Part shown: positions 1-8,034 of the stretch, in pieces
Numbering within the stretch: the stretch's first letter is position 1
Layout: each line of letters begins with the position of its first letter
Assembly (NCBI GenBank): GCA_036274695.1
Contig: DASUFF010000034.1
Span: forward strand, 1 to 22,997
Length of the DNA: 22,997 bases
Direction of reading: 5' to 3'
From: a bacterium
GTDB lineage: Bacteria; UBA10199; JACPAL01; GCA-016699445
Notes under the pieces: generated by a model
What the model was told of the DNA's origin: nothing
Database searches by the model: none
Seen by the model: the letters and a program-made list of their open reading frames with translations, nothing else
Program-made: the position numbers and the translations under genes

Positions 1-1340
1 CCGGCGATGGCGGGAAAGCTCGTGTCGGGGGAGTCGGTTTCCCCGGTGACGTAGGCGTTTCCGTTCCCGTCGAGGACGATGGCCAACCCCCGGTCATCCC
101 CGGACCCTCCGATGAATCCGGAGAAATCGAACGAGTCCCCGCCGGGGGCGACCTTCGCCACGAACGCGTCTAAGAGGCCGTTCGCCGTTAAATCCGGACC
201 GCCCTTGATCGGGAAGCTCGATTCGGTGGACCGGGTGAGTCCCGTCACGTAGGCGCTGCCGGAGGCGTCGACGGCGACGTCGAAGGCCTCATCGTCATCG
301 GAGCCCCCGATGAACCCGGAGTAGATCAAGGACGCCCCGTCCGGAGATACCTTGGTCAAATAGCCGTTATCGACGCCGCCGTTGGCCGTCAGGTCGGGGC
401 CGACGACGACGGGGAACGTAGGTTCGGTGGATTCGGTGAACCCCGTAACGTAGGCGTTTCCGGCCGCGTCGACGGCGATGCCGTCCCCTTCATCGAAATC
501 ATTTCCCCCGATGAACCCGGCGTAGACGAGAGAAGTCCCGTCTGCCGAGACCTTCGCCACGAAGGCGTCATTAAAGCCTCCGTTGAACGTCAGGTCGGGG
601 CCGATCGTGACGGGGAAGTTCGTCGTTTCCGTGGAGCTGGTATTGCCGGTTACATATTGGTTCCCGGATGCGTCGATGGCATTGTCGAAGGCGAAGTCCG
701 AATTGGATCCTCCGATGAATCCGGCGTAGACGAGCGAGGCCCCGTCCGGGGCGACCTTGGCAACGAAGGCCTCGTTCATGCCGTTCGCCGTCAGGTCGGG
801 GCCGACGACGACGGGAAACGTCGCTTCCGTGGAGCCGGTTTCTCCCGCCACGTACGCATTTCCGGACGCGTCGACGGCGATCCCGTAGGCCTGGTCGTTC
901 CCGGACCCTCCGATATATCCGGAATAGACAAGGGAAGCCCCGTCCGGGGCGATCTTCATCACGAAGGCGTCGAATCCGCCGTTCGCCGTCAGGTCGGGGC
1001 CGACCGTCACGGGAAAGCTTGTCTGGAAGGATCCGGTCCCGCCCGCGACGTAGGCGTTTCCGGAAGTGTCGACGGCGATGTCATGCGCGATCTCGCTAGA
1101 AGCCCCTGCGATGAACCCGGCATAAATGAGAGACGTCCCATCCGCAGCAACCTTTGCCACAAAGGCGTCTCCGTTTCCGTTGCCTCCCGACGTGAGGTCC
1201 GGGCCGACGAGGACGGGGAAGCTCGCCTCCGTGGAGCCGGTTCTCCCCACCACGTAGACGTTTCCGGAGCCGTCGACGGCGACGCCCTCTCCGCGGTCGG
1301 CGCCGGACCCTCCGATGAAGCCGGAAAAAATCAAGACCTC
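1..1340 (-). repeat. Intragenic tandem DNA repeats with a ~198-204 bp period, at least 6-7 copies, that encode the beta-propeller blades of the SBBP protein
   Basis: The unit GTCGACGGCGA...GATGAACCCGG...GTCGGGGCCGAC recurs at 69, 267, 468, 672, 870, 1068 and 1272. Confidence 0.8.
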
Positions 1341-2081
1341 CGGATCGATAATCAACGGCCTTGTCCGGTCATAGGCGCCAACCTCAAATCCTACGATGGA
1401 TTCTTCGGAACCCCGCTCCAACCGAAAATTCGCGGCGACCTCCTCCTTCTTGCCCTCCCTTTCCTGATAGACGCGCAAAGCGCCGTCTTCGAACCCGCCG
1501 GCTGGGGTCTCGATCTCCAACTGGCCTCGTTCGTTTAAGGTGACCTTGCCCCCTCGGTAGGCCAGGCGGATCCGCCGAGGATCCGCCCCCGGTCGAACGA
1601 TAAACCGGTATTCCACCCGGTCTTGATGGCCGGTGTAGAGGAGGTCGATCCCCTTCCATAAATCGGGATATTTGAGGGAGGCGTAGGTCTTCAGCCCCGT
1701 TTTCCAATCGGAGCGCGGTCCTTTGAAGTAACTGAAGATCGCCGGGGTCGAATCTTGTCCGATCGGCATCGCCTTCGCGTCGGCCCCGACGAAATCGACC
1801 CTCACGTTCCAACGAAAGCTCTGGCCTTCGTTTCCTGCCGAAGGTTCCGAGAAGCTTGCGAGGAGGTCGAGGTCTTGGCGCGGGCTTTCCCAGAGGGAAA
1901 AAGTCATGCCTTGGGAGCCAAAATAGAGGGACTTGTCCTTGCCGCGGGTGTAGTAGCCGACTCCCGGGTCCACCTGACCTCGATTTTCAATGAACAAGAC
2001 GGGAACTTGAAGCCCCGAAGCCCCCCAAAGGGCCGTTGGGGAAGATAGAAAAGCGACGAGGAGAAAAACCGATTTTCTCAT
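1..2081 (-). CDS. Secreted SBBP-type beta-propeller repeat protein, 5'-partial in this window (start ATG at 2081, no stop inside the window)
   Basis: I translated the minus strand by hand from ATG 2079-2081. The N-terminus is a signal peptide (MRKSVFLLVAFLSSPTALWGA) with a GGAGG SD (AAGGAGGGTCGTT) 5-6 nt upstream. After about 250 aa come at least 7 tandem ~66-aa repeats of the form GFIGGSG.D.G.GIAVD.SGNAYVTG.T.ST..FPV.VGPDLT.NG..DAFVAKV.PDGASLVY, which matches the SBBP beta-propeller repeat. The frame stays open to position 1. Confidence 0.8.
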   Translation of the reverse strand, partial: MRKSVFLLVAFLSSPTALWGASGLQVPVLFIENRGQVDPGVGYYTRGKDKSLYFGSQGMTFSLWESPRQDLDLLASFSEPSAGNEGQSFRWNVRVDFVGADAKAMPIGQDSTPAIFSYFKGPRSDWKTGLKTYASLKYPDLWKGIDLLYTGHQDRVEYRFIVRPGADPRRIRLAYRGGKVTLNERGQLEIETPAGGFEDGALRVYQEREGKKEEVAANFRLERGSEESIVGFEVGAYDRTRPLIIDPEVLIFSGFIGGSGADRGEGVAVDGSGNVYVVGRTGSTEASFPVLVGPDLTSGGNGNGDAFVAKVAADGTSLIYAGFIAGASSEIAHDIAVDTSGNAYVAGGTGSFQTSFPVTVGPDLTANGGFDAFVMKIAPDGASLVYSGYIGGSGNDQAYGIAVDASGNAYVAGETGSTEATFPVVVGPDLTANGMNEAFVAKVAPDGASLVYAGFIGGSNSDFAFDNAIDASGNQYVTGNTSSTETTNFPVTIGPDLTFNGGFNDAFVAKVSADGTSLVYAGFIGGNDFDEGDGIAVDAAGNAYVTGFTESTEPTFPVVVGPDLTANGGVDNGYLTKVSPDGASLIYSGFIGGSDDDEAFDVAVDASGSAYVTGLTRSTESSFPIKGGPDLTANGLLDAFVAKVAPGGDSFDFSGFIGGSGDDRGLAIVLDGNGNAYVTGETDSPDTSFPAIA

Positions 2082-2213
2082 AACGACCCTCCTTGCCATT
2101 GGCTGATCGCAACCATTGTTGAATGAAGCCTAATCTAGTGCATTGCGGGTTTGAAGCAAACAAATCATTCGCCGCCATCTCTTATAAAATCGAAGCCGCC
2201 GAGCGCGATATCC

Positions 2214-2375
2214 TTAATGGGCGGGTTCGAGCAGCTCGATCGGATTGCCGTCGGGATCTTCGATTTGAATCTGCTTGCCGCCCGGTTCCTGGCTGCGGCC
2301 GTCGGGCATGGGTTGAGAACCGGAAGCGCCCGGCCCGCTCAGCATCAGCTTGAAATCGCCGATAGAGACTCCCTA
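2214..2375 (-). pseudogene. C-terminal relic (about 52 codons) of a VOC/glyoxalase-bleomycin-resistance family gene
   Basis: The minus-strand frame reads GVSIGDFKLMLSGPGASGSQPMPDGRSQEPGGKQIQIEDPDGNPIELLEPAH*. The DPDGNPIELLEP ending is typical of a glyoxalase C-terminus. An in-frame TAG (plus 2373-2375) sits immediately upstream, and nothing VOC-like lies beyond it, so only the last ~50 aa survive. Confidence 0.45.
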
Positions 2376-2462
2376 GGTCCGGAGCTCGGCCGGATTGCAA
2401 ATTACATTACCACTTACCTTAGGAGGGGTTTGACGCGTAATATACGCGATAGAGAGAAACTC

Positions 2463-3560
2463 ATGACCCACCTGCCGCACCATTCGCATGCCTACAAATG
2501 TCGCTGCGGCAATCCCATCTTCTTTCACAACACGTTATGCCTCGCCTGCAAGTCCCAGTTGGGCTTCCTGCCCGACGAAGAGCGAGTCTCCGCGCTCGAC
2601 GCAAGTCCGACGCCCGGCATTTGGAGCGTGGAGGGCCGCCGCGAACTCGCGAAGTTCTGTGCGAACCGCGATTCTCCGGCCGCCGGCAATTGGATGATAT
2701 TCGCGCATAACCCCAAGGCCTACTGCATCGCCTGCCGACTCAATCGCATGATCCCTAACCTGCTGGACGCGGACAACGTGCGTTATTGGAGGAAGGTCGA
2801 GGAAGCCAAGCGCCGGCTCGTCGCGCAACTGATCGCCCTCGGCCTGCCTGTCGCCTCCAAGTTGGAAGAGGATCCTGAGCGCGGACTCATGTTCGACTTC
2901 CTGCGCTCGCCGCCTCAAGGACCGCGCGTGATGATTGGTCACGAAAATGGCCTCATCACGATCGATGTCGAAGAGGCCGATGACGCCAAGCGCGAGCAGA
3001 TCAAGTACGACCTGCACGAGCCTTACCGCACGATGCTCGGGCACTTCCGCCACGAGGTCGGCCACTACTACTGGGACCGAATCGTCCGGGACACCAAGTG
3101 GCTGGAACCGTTCCGCCGGCTCTTCGGCGATGAGCGCGCCAGCTATCACGAGGCGCTCAAACGCAACTATGAACAAGGCCCGCCGGCCGATTGGGCTAAC
3201 TCCTTCATCAGTTCGTATGCGACGATGCACCCCTGGGAGGACTGGGCCGAGACCTGGGCCCACTATCTGCACGCGGTCGACAGCCTGGGTACCGCCTTGG
3301 GCTTCGGCCTCGAAACCGAAGACTCCGGTGGCATCCGGCCCCTCACGCGCGAAGCGCTTTATGCGCCCGACGATCCCGGTGCCGAGCGTTTTTTGTCGCT
3401 GCTCAACGGCTGGATCAAGATGGTGATGGTCTTGAACGAGATGGCGCACAGCATGGGCCAGCCGGACTTTTATCCGTTCGTGATGAGCACGCCGGTCGTG
3501 GCCAAGTTGCAGTTCGTTCAGATGGTCGTCGTCGACGCGCGCACGCCTCCGGATTTGTGA
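2463..3560 (+). CDS. Zinc-ribbon domain plus putative zinc metallopeptidase (HExxH; Peptidase_Mx-like)
   Basis: This is track ORF 2151..3560 with the start re-called to the in-frame ATG at 2463 (MTHLPHHSHAYKCRCGNPIFFHNTLCLACKSQLGF). That N-terminus is a CxC..CxxC zinc ribbon. The HExxH motif HEVGHYYWD sits mid-protein with a WEDWAETWAHY segment downstream. Everything upstream of 2463 is low-complexity sequence that overlaps the VOC relic on the opposite strand. Only a weak SD (AGAGAG) is present. Confidence 0.65.
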   Translation: MTHLPHHSHAYKCRCGNPIFFHNTLCLACKSQLGFLPDEERVSALDASPTPGIWSVEGRRELAKFCANRDSPAAGNWMIFAHNPKAYCIACRLNRMIPNLLDADNVRYWRKVEEAKRRLVAQLIALGLPVASKLEEDPERGLMFDFLRSPPQGPRVMIGHENGLITIDVEEADDAKREQIKYDLHEPYRTMLGHFRHEVGHYYWDRIVRDTKWLEPFRRLFGDERASYHEALKRNYEQGPPADWANSFISSYATMHPWEDWAETWAHYLHAVDSLGTALGFGLETEDSGGIRPLTREALYAPDDPGAERFLSLLNGWIKMVMVLNEMAHSMGQPDFYPFVMSTPVVAKLQFVQMVVVDARTPPDL

Positions 3561-3612
3561 AGCTCGCTCGTTATGGCTTTACTTGGCCCGGTCGGGGGAT
3601 CAAAATGCTGGG

Positions 3613-4749
3613 ATGCGTCGTTTCCGTTTGGGAATGATTCTGCTCGGCATCGCGGGGTCCGGGTGTGCGTCGCCCGCGAATCCACCGACGCCCCCGGCGG
3701 AAATCCCTTCCCTCGTCGTCTTCCCGCCATCGGTCACGATCGACGTCGGCGCCATCACCTCCGCGTCGTCCGAACCCCCCGCATTGGTCGGCGCCGGCGG
3801 CGAGTTCTCGGTCGCCATCTCCATCGGCGGAGACGCGGCCCGCACGATCCAGGAGGACGTCCTGGAGGGCCTTTTGTCCCCGTTCAGCCTCTTCGAGATC
3901 CCCGTGGACCCGGCCGTCACGACCTTCAGCGGAACGATCACCGGGGACGGACCGGACGTGCTTCCCGAGTCCTTTAAGTTCGACTTCGCGGACTTCGACT
4001 TCGACGGCGACGGCTCGAAGGAAGGCTGCACCGGCTGTACCTGCCCGACCGGCTGCGCGCCCGCCGCGACTCAATGCCCCTCCCAGGCTCCGGCCGCGGA
4101 CGTCAAGCGCGTCTGTTTCCGCATTTGGATCCAGCGCGATCCGGGCTTTCCGTTCGAGCGGGTGATGGCGGGCTTCTTCGATCTTCTGCCGATCCCCGAC
4201 GATCCCGCGACGCCGGCCGACGAGGAGAACCCGGGCAAGGGCCGTTTCCGCACGGGCGTCGACCGCGGCGGTGAGCGTTTCCTGGTCGGCGTCGATTACG
4301 ACCACCGCAATCTCGACCGGCCGGGAGACAAAAAGACCGACGCGTTCCTCCTGACCGAGGTGACGGACGAAGACGGCAACGCCTTCACGACGACCAGCCA
4401 CGACCTCATCACGGAGATCGACGCGGCGAAAACGGTTCAAATCAACTTCGACGCGTCGCAAAGCTCCGATAAGCCGTCGGAGAACGCGGTCCAGCTCTAC
4501 TCGGGCCGCTTCCGCGACGACGCCGATTTCTGGAGCGGATCCGTCGTCGACACGAGCTCCGAAGCCCCGCTCAACCTCCCGACGACCTGCGCCCGCCTCT
4601 CGACGGGGAACGGGGCCCCTACGGCGGACTGCGACGACCTCGGCATCGACGCCTCGGACCTGGACGTGACGAAGGGCCAAGCCATCCGCAAGGTCGAAGA
4701 GGCGGACGTGGTCTTTCCCGCGGACTTCCCGGCGCTGCCGGCCTTCTGA
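3613..4749 (+). CDS. Secreted or lipoprotein-like Cys-rich hypothetical protein
   Basis: I re-called the start to ATG 3613, 13 nt downstream of a GGGGGA SD-like run (3594-3599). The N-terminus MRRFRLGMILLGIAGSGC.. is a signal peptide ending in a Cys. The protein has a CTGCTCPTGCAPAATQC cluster and an acidic FDFADFDFDGDG stretch. Its codon usage is coherent, whereas the 410-aa opposite-strand ORF is an Arg-rich shadow. Confidence 0.55.
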   Translation: MRRFRLGMILLGIAGSGCASPANPPTPPAEIPSLVVFPPSVTIDVGAITSASSEPPALVGAGGEFSVAISIGGDAARTIQEDVLEGLLSPFSLFEIPVDPAVTTFSGTITGDGPDVLPESFKFDFADFDFDGDGSKEGCTGCTCPTGCAPAATQCPSQAPAADVKRVCFRIWIQRDPGFPFERVMAGFFDLLPIPDDPATPADEENPGKGRFRTGVDRGGERFLVGVDYDHRNLDRPGDKKTDAFLLTEVTDEDGNAFTTTSHDLITEIDAAKTVQINFDASQSSDKPSENAVQLYSGRFRDDADFWSGSVVDTSSEAPLNLPTTCARLSTGNGAPTADCDDLGIDASDLDVTKGQAIRKVEEADVVFPADFPALPAF

Positions 4750-4885
4750 CCCGTCTCTTCCCCGCCGATCAGGCGATCCGGGAGTTTTTCGCCTTTCGCC
4801 CAAAATGGCGGGACGTAAAATAAGTGTAAAAACTTCAGCCCGTCTTTTTGCACAACCTTAGTCGACTCTCGACTCAAGTCCGCCG

Positions 4886-6004
4886 ATGATACATTTCATG
4901 AAGACGGCGGCTCGAAGCCTTGTATGGATTTCCTTGTGGGTCGGATCGCTCGCCATCACGCTCTCGAGCCTCGTGTATTTCGATTTCGACGAGCGCGCCG
5001 CCTTCATCATCGAAAAACTTCCCCTGCCCCATGAAGGTCTGTACGTGCTGTTCCTCCGGCTCCACGTCATCGCCGCGGCTTTGTCCTTGCCCGGTTGTTT
5101 GATCCTGTCGTCGAAAGCTGTCCTCAAGCGCTTCCCCCGATTTCACCGCTGGTGCGGACGCGCGACGGGCGGCGTCGTGATCCTCTTATTGGCGCCCACG
5201 GGGTTCTACCTCTCCTTTTTTGCGCGGGGCGGCTGGCCCGCGACCTTAGGCTTTTTGCTGTCGGGAGGGATCGTCTTACTGGCGATGATTCAAGCGATCC
5301 GCGACGCGCGGATGAAACGCTATGCGAGCCATCGCCGATTCGCCTTCCATGTCTTAGGACAACTCAGCGTGGCCGTGACGTCGCGGGCCCTCCTGTTCGT
5401 GCTGGAATCTGCCAATCTGAACCTGGATGTCGCCTACCTCGTCAGCCTCTGGGTTCCGGTTTTGGGAACGTTCGCCCTCGTTGAAGTCCTGGCTTCGCCC
5501 GCCCGATTTCGATTTTCCCTCGGAGGATCTATGAACAAATGGCCCGTCCCGCTCGTCGGTTCCGTCGTCGCAGCCCTGATCGTCCTGAAAGCGCTTCATC
5601 CCCCCTCGGCGCAGGCCGCCGGCACTCCGGCGACCGCCGCCCAGTCGGTCGTTCAGACGAAGCTTTTGGAACCCCTTCAAAAGAAAGAGGCGAACCGCTC
5701 CCGTTTTTCCAGGGCGGCCCAGCCGCCTCAGGCCCGCCGTCTTCGGATCCTCGACGACGCGCCCCAAATCGACGGCGCGGGCCGCTCCTTCCTTGCATTT
5801 GCCGTCGATGAGAGCCGGTCCTTCGGCGTGGGGGAGGATCAGGACGTCGCGGAGGCCGACTGGTTCAAGAACGCCATCACGGGCTGCGTTTACCCGGAAA
5901 CTGGAAATGTTTTGGTAAAACTCGGAGAGGTTTATTATGCCTCTTCGGTCTTGCTGGGGCGTTCCGCCCCGACGGCCCCGGCCGATGTCTGCCGGCCCCG
6001 GTGA
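4886..6004 (+). CDS. Multi-pass membrane protein (DUF2306-like) with a C-terminal extracytoplasmic extension
   Basis: There are 5-6 hydrophobic helices, plus HRWCGRATGG and HRRFAFHV motifs of the kind seen in DUF2306. After residue ~215 comes a hydrophobic segment (MNKWPVPLVGSVVAALIVLKAL), then ~150 aa of soluble sequence. The start could instead be the second ATG at 4898, and no clear SD is present. Confidence 0.5.
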   Translation: MIHFMKTAARSLVWISLWVGSLAITLSSLVYFDFDERAAFIIEKLPLPHEGLYVLFLRLHVIAAALSLPGCLILSSKAVLKRFPRFHRWCGRATGGVVILLLAPTGFYLSFFARGGWPATLGFLLSGGIVLLAMIQAIRDARMKRYASHRRFAFHVLGQLSVAVTSRALLFVLESANLNLDVAYLVSLWVPVLGTFALVEVLASPARFRFSLGGSMNKWPVPLVGSVVAALIVLKALHPPSAQAAGTPATAAQSVVQTKLLEPLQKKEANRSRFSRAAQPPQARRLRILDDAPQIDGAGRSFLAFAVDESRSFGVGEDQDVAEADWFKNAITGCVYPETGNVLVKLGEVYYASSVLLGRSAPTAPADVCRPR

Positions 6005-6021
6005 TCAAAAAGGGAGGAAAC

Positions 6022-6648
6022 ATGATCAAAAAAACTCTTTTCAACGCCCTCCTCGCGACGGCCGTCCTCTGGTCGGTCTCCGCCTCGGCGAAGATGGCGC
6101 CGCCCTCTCCTCCCGTGGAGAATCCTCATCCTCCCGCGACGGTCGAAGACAAGAAACGGGCCGCCTTCGCCGATCAGGTCATCGAGATCCTCCTGAAAAA
6201 GGACCTGCCGGCGTCGCTAAAACCGTCGCAAACGGGTCAGCCGCCGAACGATTTCACCGGCAAAAACCTGGGCTGCCTCCAAGACGCGGCTTGTTACGGC
6301 AAGGACGCCGCGTTCGTGAACGAGCTTCTCTTTTTCCGAGACACGTACGGCAAGGCCGTCGAAACCAAGCATACGCACGTCATTCCGTGGTCATTCGACA
6401 AGTTCCGCGGAGGCGCGGCCGCCGAGGCGCCGCCTCCGTCCGCGGACATGGGGATGTCCGAGCTCATGCGCGGTCCTCGGATCAAGGCGGACGAATACAT
6501 GATGCACGTCTATATTCGCTTCGACAAAGCGGGCGCATGGCATCATCTGGACGTGATCGTCAACGAGGACAAGGCCGGAAACCTCTTCCTCCGCCATTTC
6601 TTCGTCATGCCGATGCAATCGGAGATGCCTCCGGGAGTGGTGTGTTAG
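6022..6648 (+). CDS. Secreted hypothetical protein (208 aa)
   Basis: I re-called the start to ATG 6022; the track starts at GTG 6001. An AGGGAGG SD sits 4 nt upstream. The signal peptide is MIKKTLFNALLATAVLWSVSASA. I recognise no domain. Confidence 0.5.
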   Translation: MIKKTLFNALLATAVLWSVSASAKMAPPSPPVENPHPPATVEDKKRAAFADQVIEILLKKDLPASLKPSQTGQPPNDFTGKNLGCLQDAACYGKDAAFVNELLFFRDTYGKAVETKHTHVIPWSFDKFRGGAAAEAPPPSADMGMSELMRGPRIKADEYMMHVYIRFDKAGAWHHLDVIVNEDKAGNLFLRHFFVMPMQSEMPPGVVC

Positions 6649-6700
6649 CGGGGACGCGAAAAGTGAAGTCCCGGCTCGAGAAATAAGATAAGCTCCCCCC

Positions 6701-7321
6701 ATGATCAAAAAACCATTCCCCCTTTTCGCGTCGCATCCTTGGCACGGCGTCCCCCCCGAGACGGAGACGCGGGGGATTTTCAACGCGTACATCGAGATCG
6801 TCCCGACTGACACCGTCAAATACGAGCTGGACAAGGCGAGCGGCCACCTGCGCCTCGACCGTCCCCAGCGATTTTCGAGCCTCTGCCCAACCCTGTACGG
6901 CTTCATCCCGCAGACCTATTGCGGACCGCGGGTGGCGGAGCGATGCGAGGCAAGATCCGGAACCCCGAAGATGGAGGGAGACGGAGACCCGTTGGACATC
7001 TGCGTGCTGACGGAGAAGACGGTGGCGCACGGGGGGATTTTCATTCGCGCCCGGCCGATCGGGGGCTTGCGGATGATCGACGGAAACCAGGCCGACGACA
7101 AAATCATCGCCGTTCTCGACGCCGACGTCGTCTACGGCAATTTCAAAGACTTATCCGACGTCCCGCCGGGCCTCATCGAGAGGCTGCGGCACTATTTCCT
7201 GAGCTATAAACAACTTCCCGGCCATCCGTCCCAGCAGGTCCGCATCGCGGAGGTTTACGACCGTTCCGAGGCCATTGAGACCATCGTGCGGAGCGTGGAC
7301 GATTACCGGTCTTTAAAATGA
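6701..7321 (+). CDS. ppa: Inorganic pyrophosphatase (family I)
   Basis: HPWHGVP, VKYELDKASG, YGFIPQTYC, DGDPLDICVL and IDGNQADDKIIAV are the canonical family-I PPase motifs. A ~17-aa Cys-containing insertion (GPRVAERCEARSGTPKMEG) sits before the DGDPLD box. Confidence 0.85.
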   Translation: MIKKPFPLFASHPWHGVPPETETRGIFNAYIEIVPTDTVKYELDKASGHLRLDRPQRFSSLCPTLYGFIPQTYCGPRVAERCEARSGTPKMEGDGDPLDICVLTEKTVAHGGIFIRARPIGGLRMIDGNQADDKIIAVLDADVVYGNFKDLSDVPPGLIERLRHYFLSYKQLPGHPSQQVRIAEVYDRSEAIETIVRSVDDYRSLK

Positions 7322-7337
7322 CCGCTCACGGGTGCAC

Positions 7338-7997
7338 CTAGACCGAAGGGCTGATCTTTTTGACATATTGCCGCTGAAATCCCCTGAGGCTGATGGGCCA
7401 CCACTCCTTGATGTGGCCCCACGCTTCCCGCAGAGATTTCGAGCGGTACCGTTCGTAGCCGAGCTCCTTCATTTTCTCGTCGGGAATCACCAGGGTCGCG
7501 GTTCTCTCGTATTCGCCGCCCAGTCGGGCGGTCAACCGGTCGAAGGATTTTTGGAAAATGAAGATCGCGTTCCTGCGGATCGTTTCGTCCATATCCGGGA
7601 CCAGGCGGCGAGGAAGAATGACGAGATTCATCAGATAATTTTCCTTTTTCCGGAAGTCGTAGACGAAGTGCCCGCCGCTGATCAGCCGCTTTTCGTCCTT
7701 GAGGAGGCTGGTTCCAAGGAAATCCGTCACCAGGGCTTCGTAATAAATCTTCGGCCGGAGGAGGGAGCGCCAATTCATGTATTTTCGGGGATCGTAGAGG
7801 TTGTGATTGAACTCGTAGTGCACCCTCCCGCGGTCGTCCATGAAGCCGGAGCTGACCATGGTTTCGGTCAAGGGCTGGACGGTCCAAGGCATGAACGTGC
7901 GGAACAGGTCTTCGCTTTCCACGATATAGGCGTCGGGAAGGCCCAAGTGCGTTCTTTTGACGATTCTCGGAAGAATCATGCCGTCCGGCAAAATCAT
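7338..7997 (-). CDS. Hypothetical protein (219 aa), function unknown
   Basis: The translation looks coding (MILPDGMILPRIVKRTH...RKYMNWRSLLRPKIYYEALVTDFL...). The region is noticeably lower in GC than its flanks. It is convergent with ppa across a 16-bp gap. I could not assign a family; its weak sulfotransferase-like flavour is not supported by a P-loop. Confidence 0.45.
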   Translation of the reverse strand: MILPDGMILPRIVKRTHLGLPDAYIVESEDLFRTFMPWTVQPLTETMVSSGFMDDRGRVHYEFNHNLYDPRKYMNWRSLLRPKIYYEALVTDFLGTSLLKDEKRLISGGHFVYDFRKKENYLMNLVILPRRLVPDMDETIRRNAIFIFQKSFDRLTARLGGEYERTATLVIPDEKMKELGYERYRSKSLREAWGHIKEWWPISLRGFQRQYVKKISPSV

Positions 7998-8034
7998 TTT
8001 CTGTTTTTCCTATTCTCCATATATAACCGGACCC

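Noticed and set aside
1-1340. Regular ~200-bp DNA periodicity that could be mistaken for a CRISPR or satellite array
   Set aside because: The repeats are 198-204 bp with no short unique spacers, and they translate into SBBP propeller blades in one continuous frame. It is a protein repeat, not a CRISPR array.
2421-2432. AGGAGGGG SD followed by an in-frame TTG (2430) as an alternative peptidase start
   Set aside because: The SD-to-TTG spacing is only 3 nt, and the added residues (LTRNIRDREKL) lie outside the zinc-ribbon domain. I preferred the ATG at 2463, though with limited confidence.
2151-2462. N-terminal 104 codons of track ORF 2151..3560 (MKQTNHSPPSLIK...)
   Set aside because: This stretch runs antisense through the VOC-relic and has no domain content. 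The zinc ribbon begins right at the ATG at 2463, so I moved the start.
3571-4803. 410-aa minus-strand ORF, plus the similar long Arg-rich ORFs at 657..1538(+), 2535..3449(-), 7303..8541(-), 7332..8786(+), 10126..10863(+), 10674..11384(+), 11415..12437(+), 14259..15254(-), 14932..16008(-), 17863..19113(-) and 19117..20193(-)
   Set aside because: They are Arg/Gly/Asp-rich, low-complexity translations with no SD and no motifs. Each lies antisense to, or out of frame with, a gene that has clear domains or signal peptides. They are the usual stop-poor shadows of high-GC coding DNA.
4750-4885. Possible terminator or small ORF (MAGRKISVKTSARLFAQP) in the spacer after the lipoprotein gene
   Set aside because: The hairpin is only 5 bp (GGCGA/TCGCC) with a 12-nt loop. 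The 18-aa ORF has no SD and no features.
7338-7997. Possible sulfotransferase assignment for the 219-aa protein
   Set aside because: It has no PAPS-binding P-loop (PKSGTT-like) and no 3'-PB motif, so the resemblance is only compositional. I left it as hypothetical.
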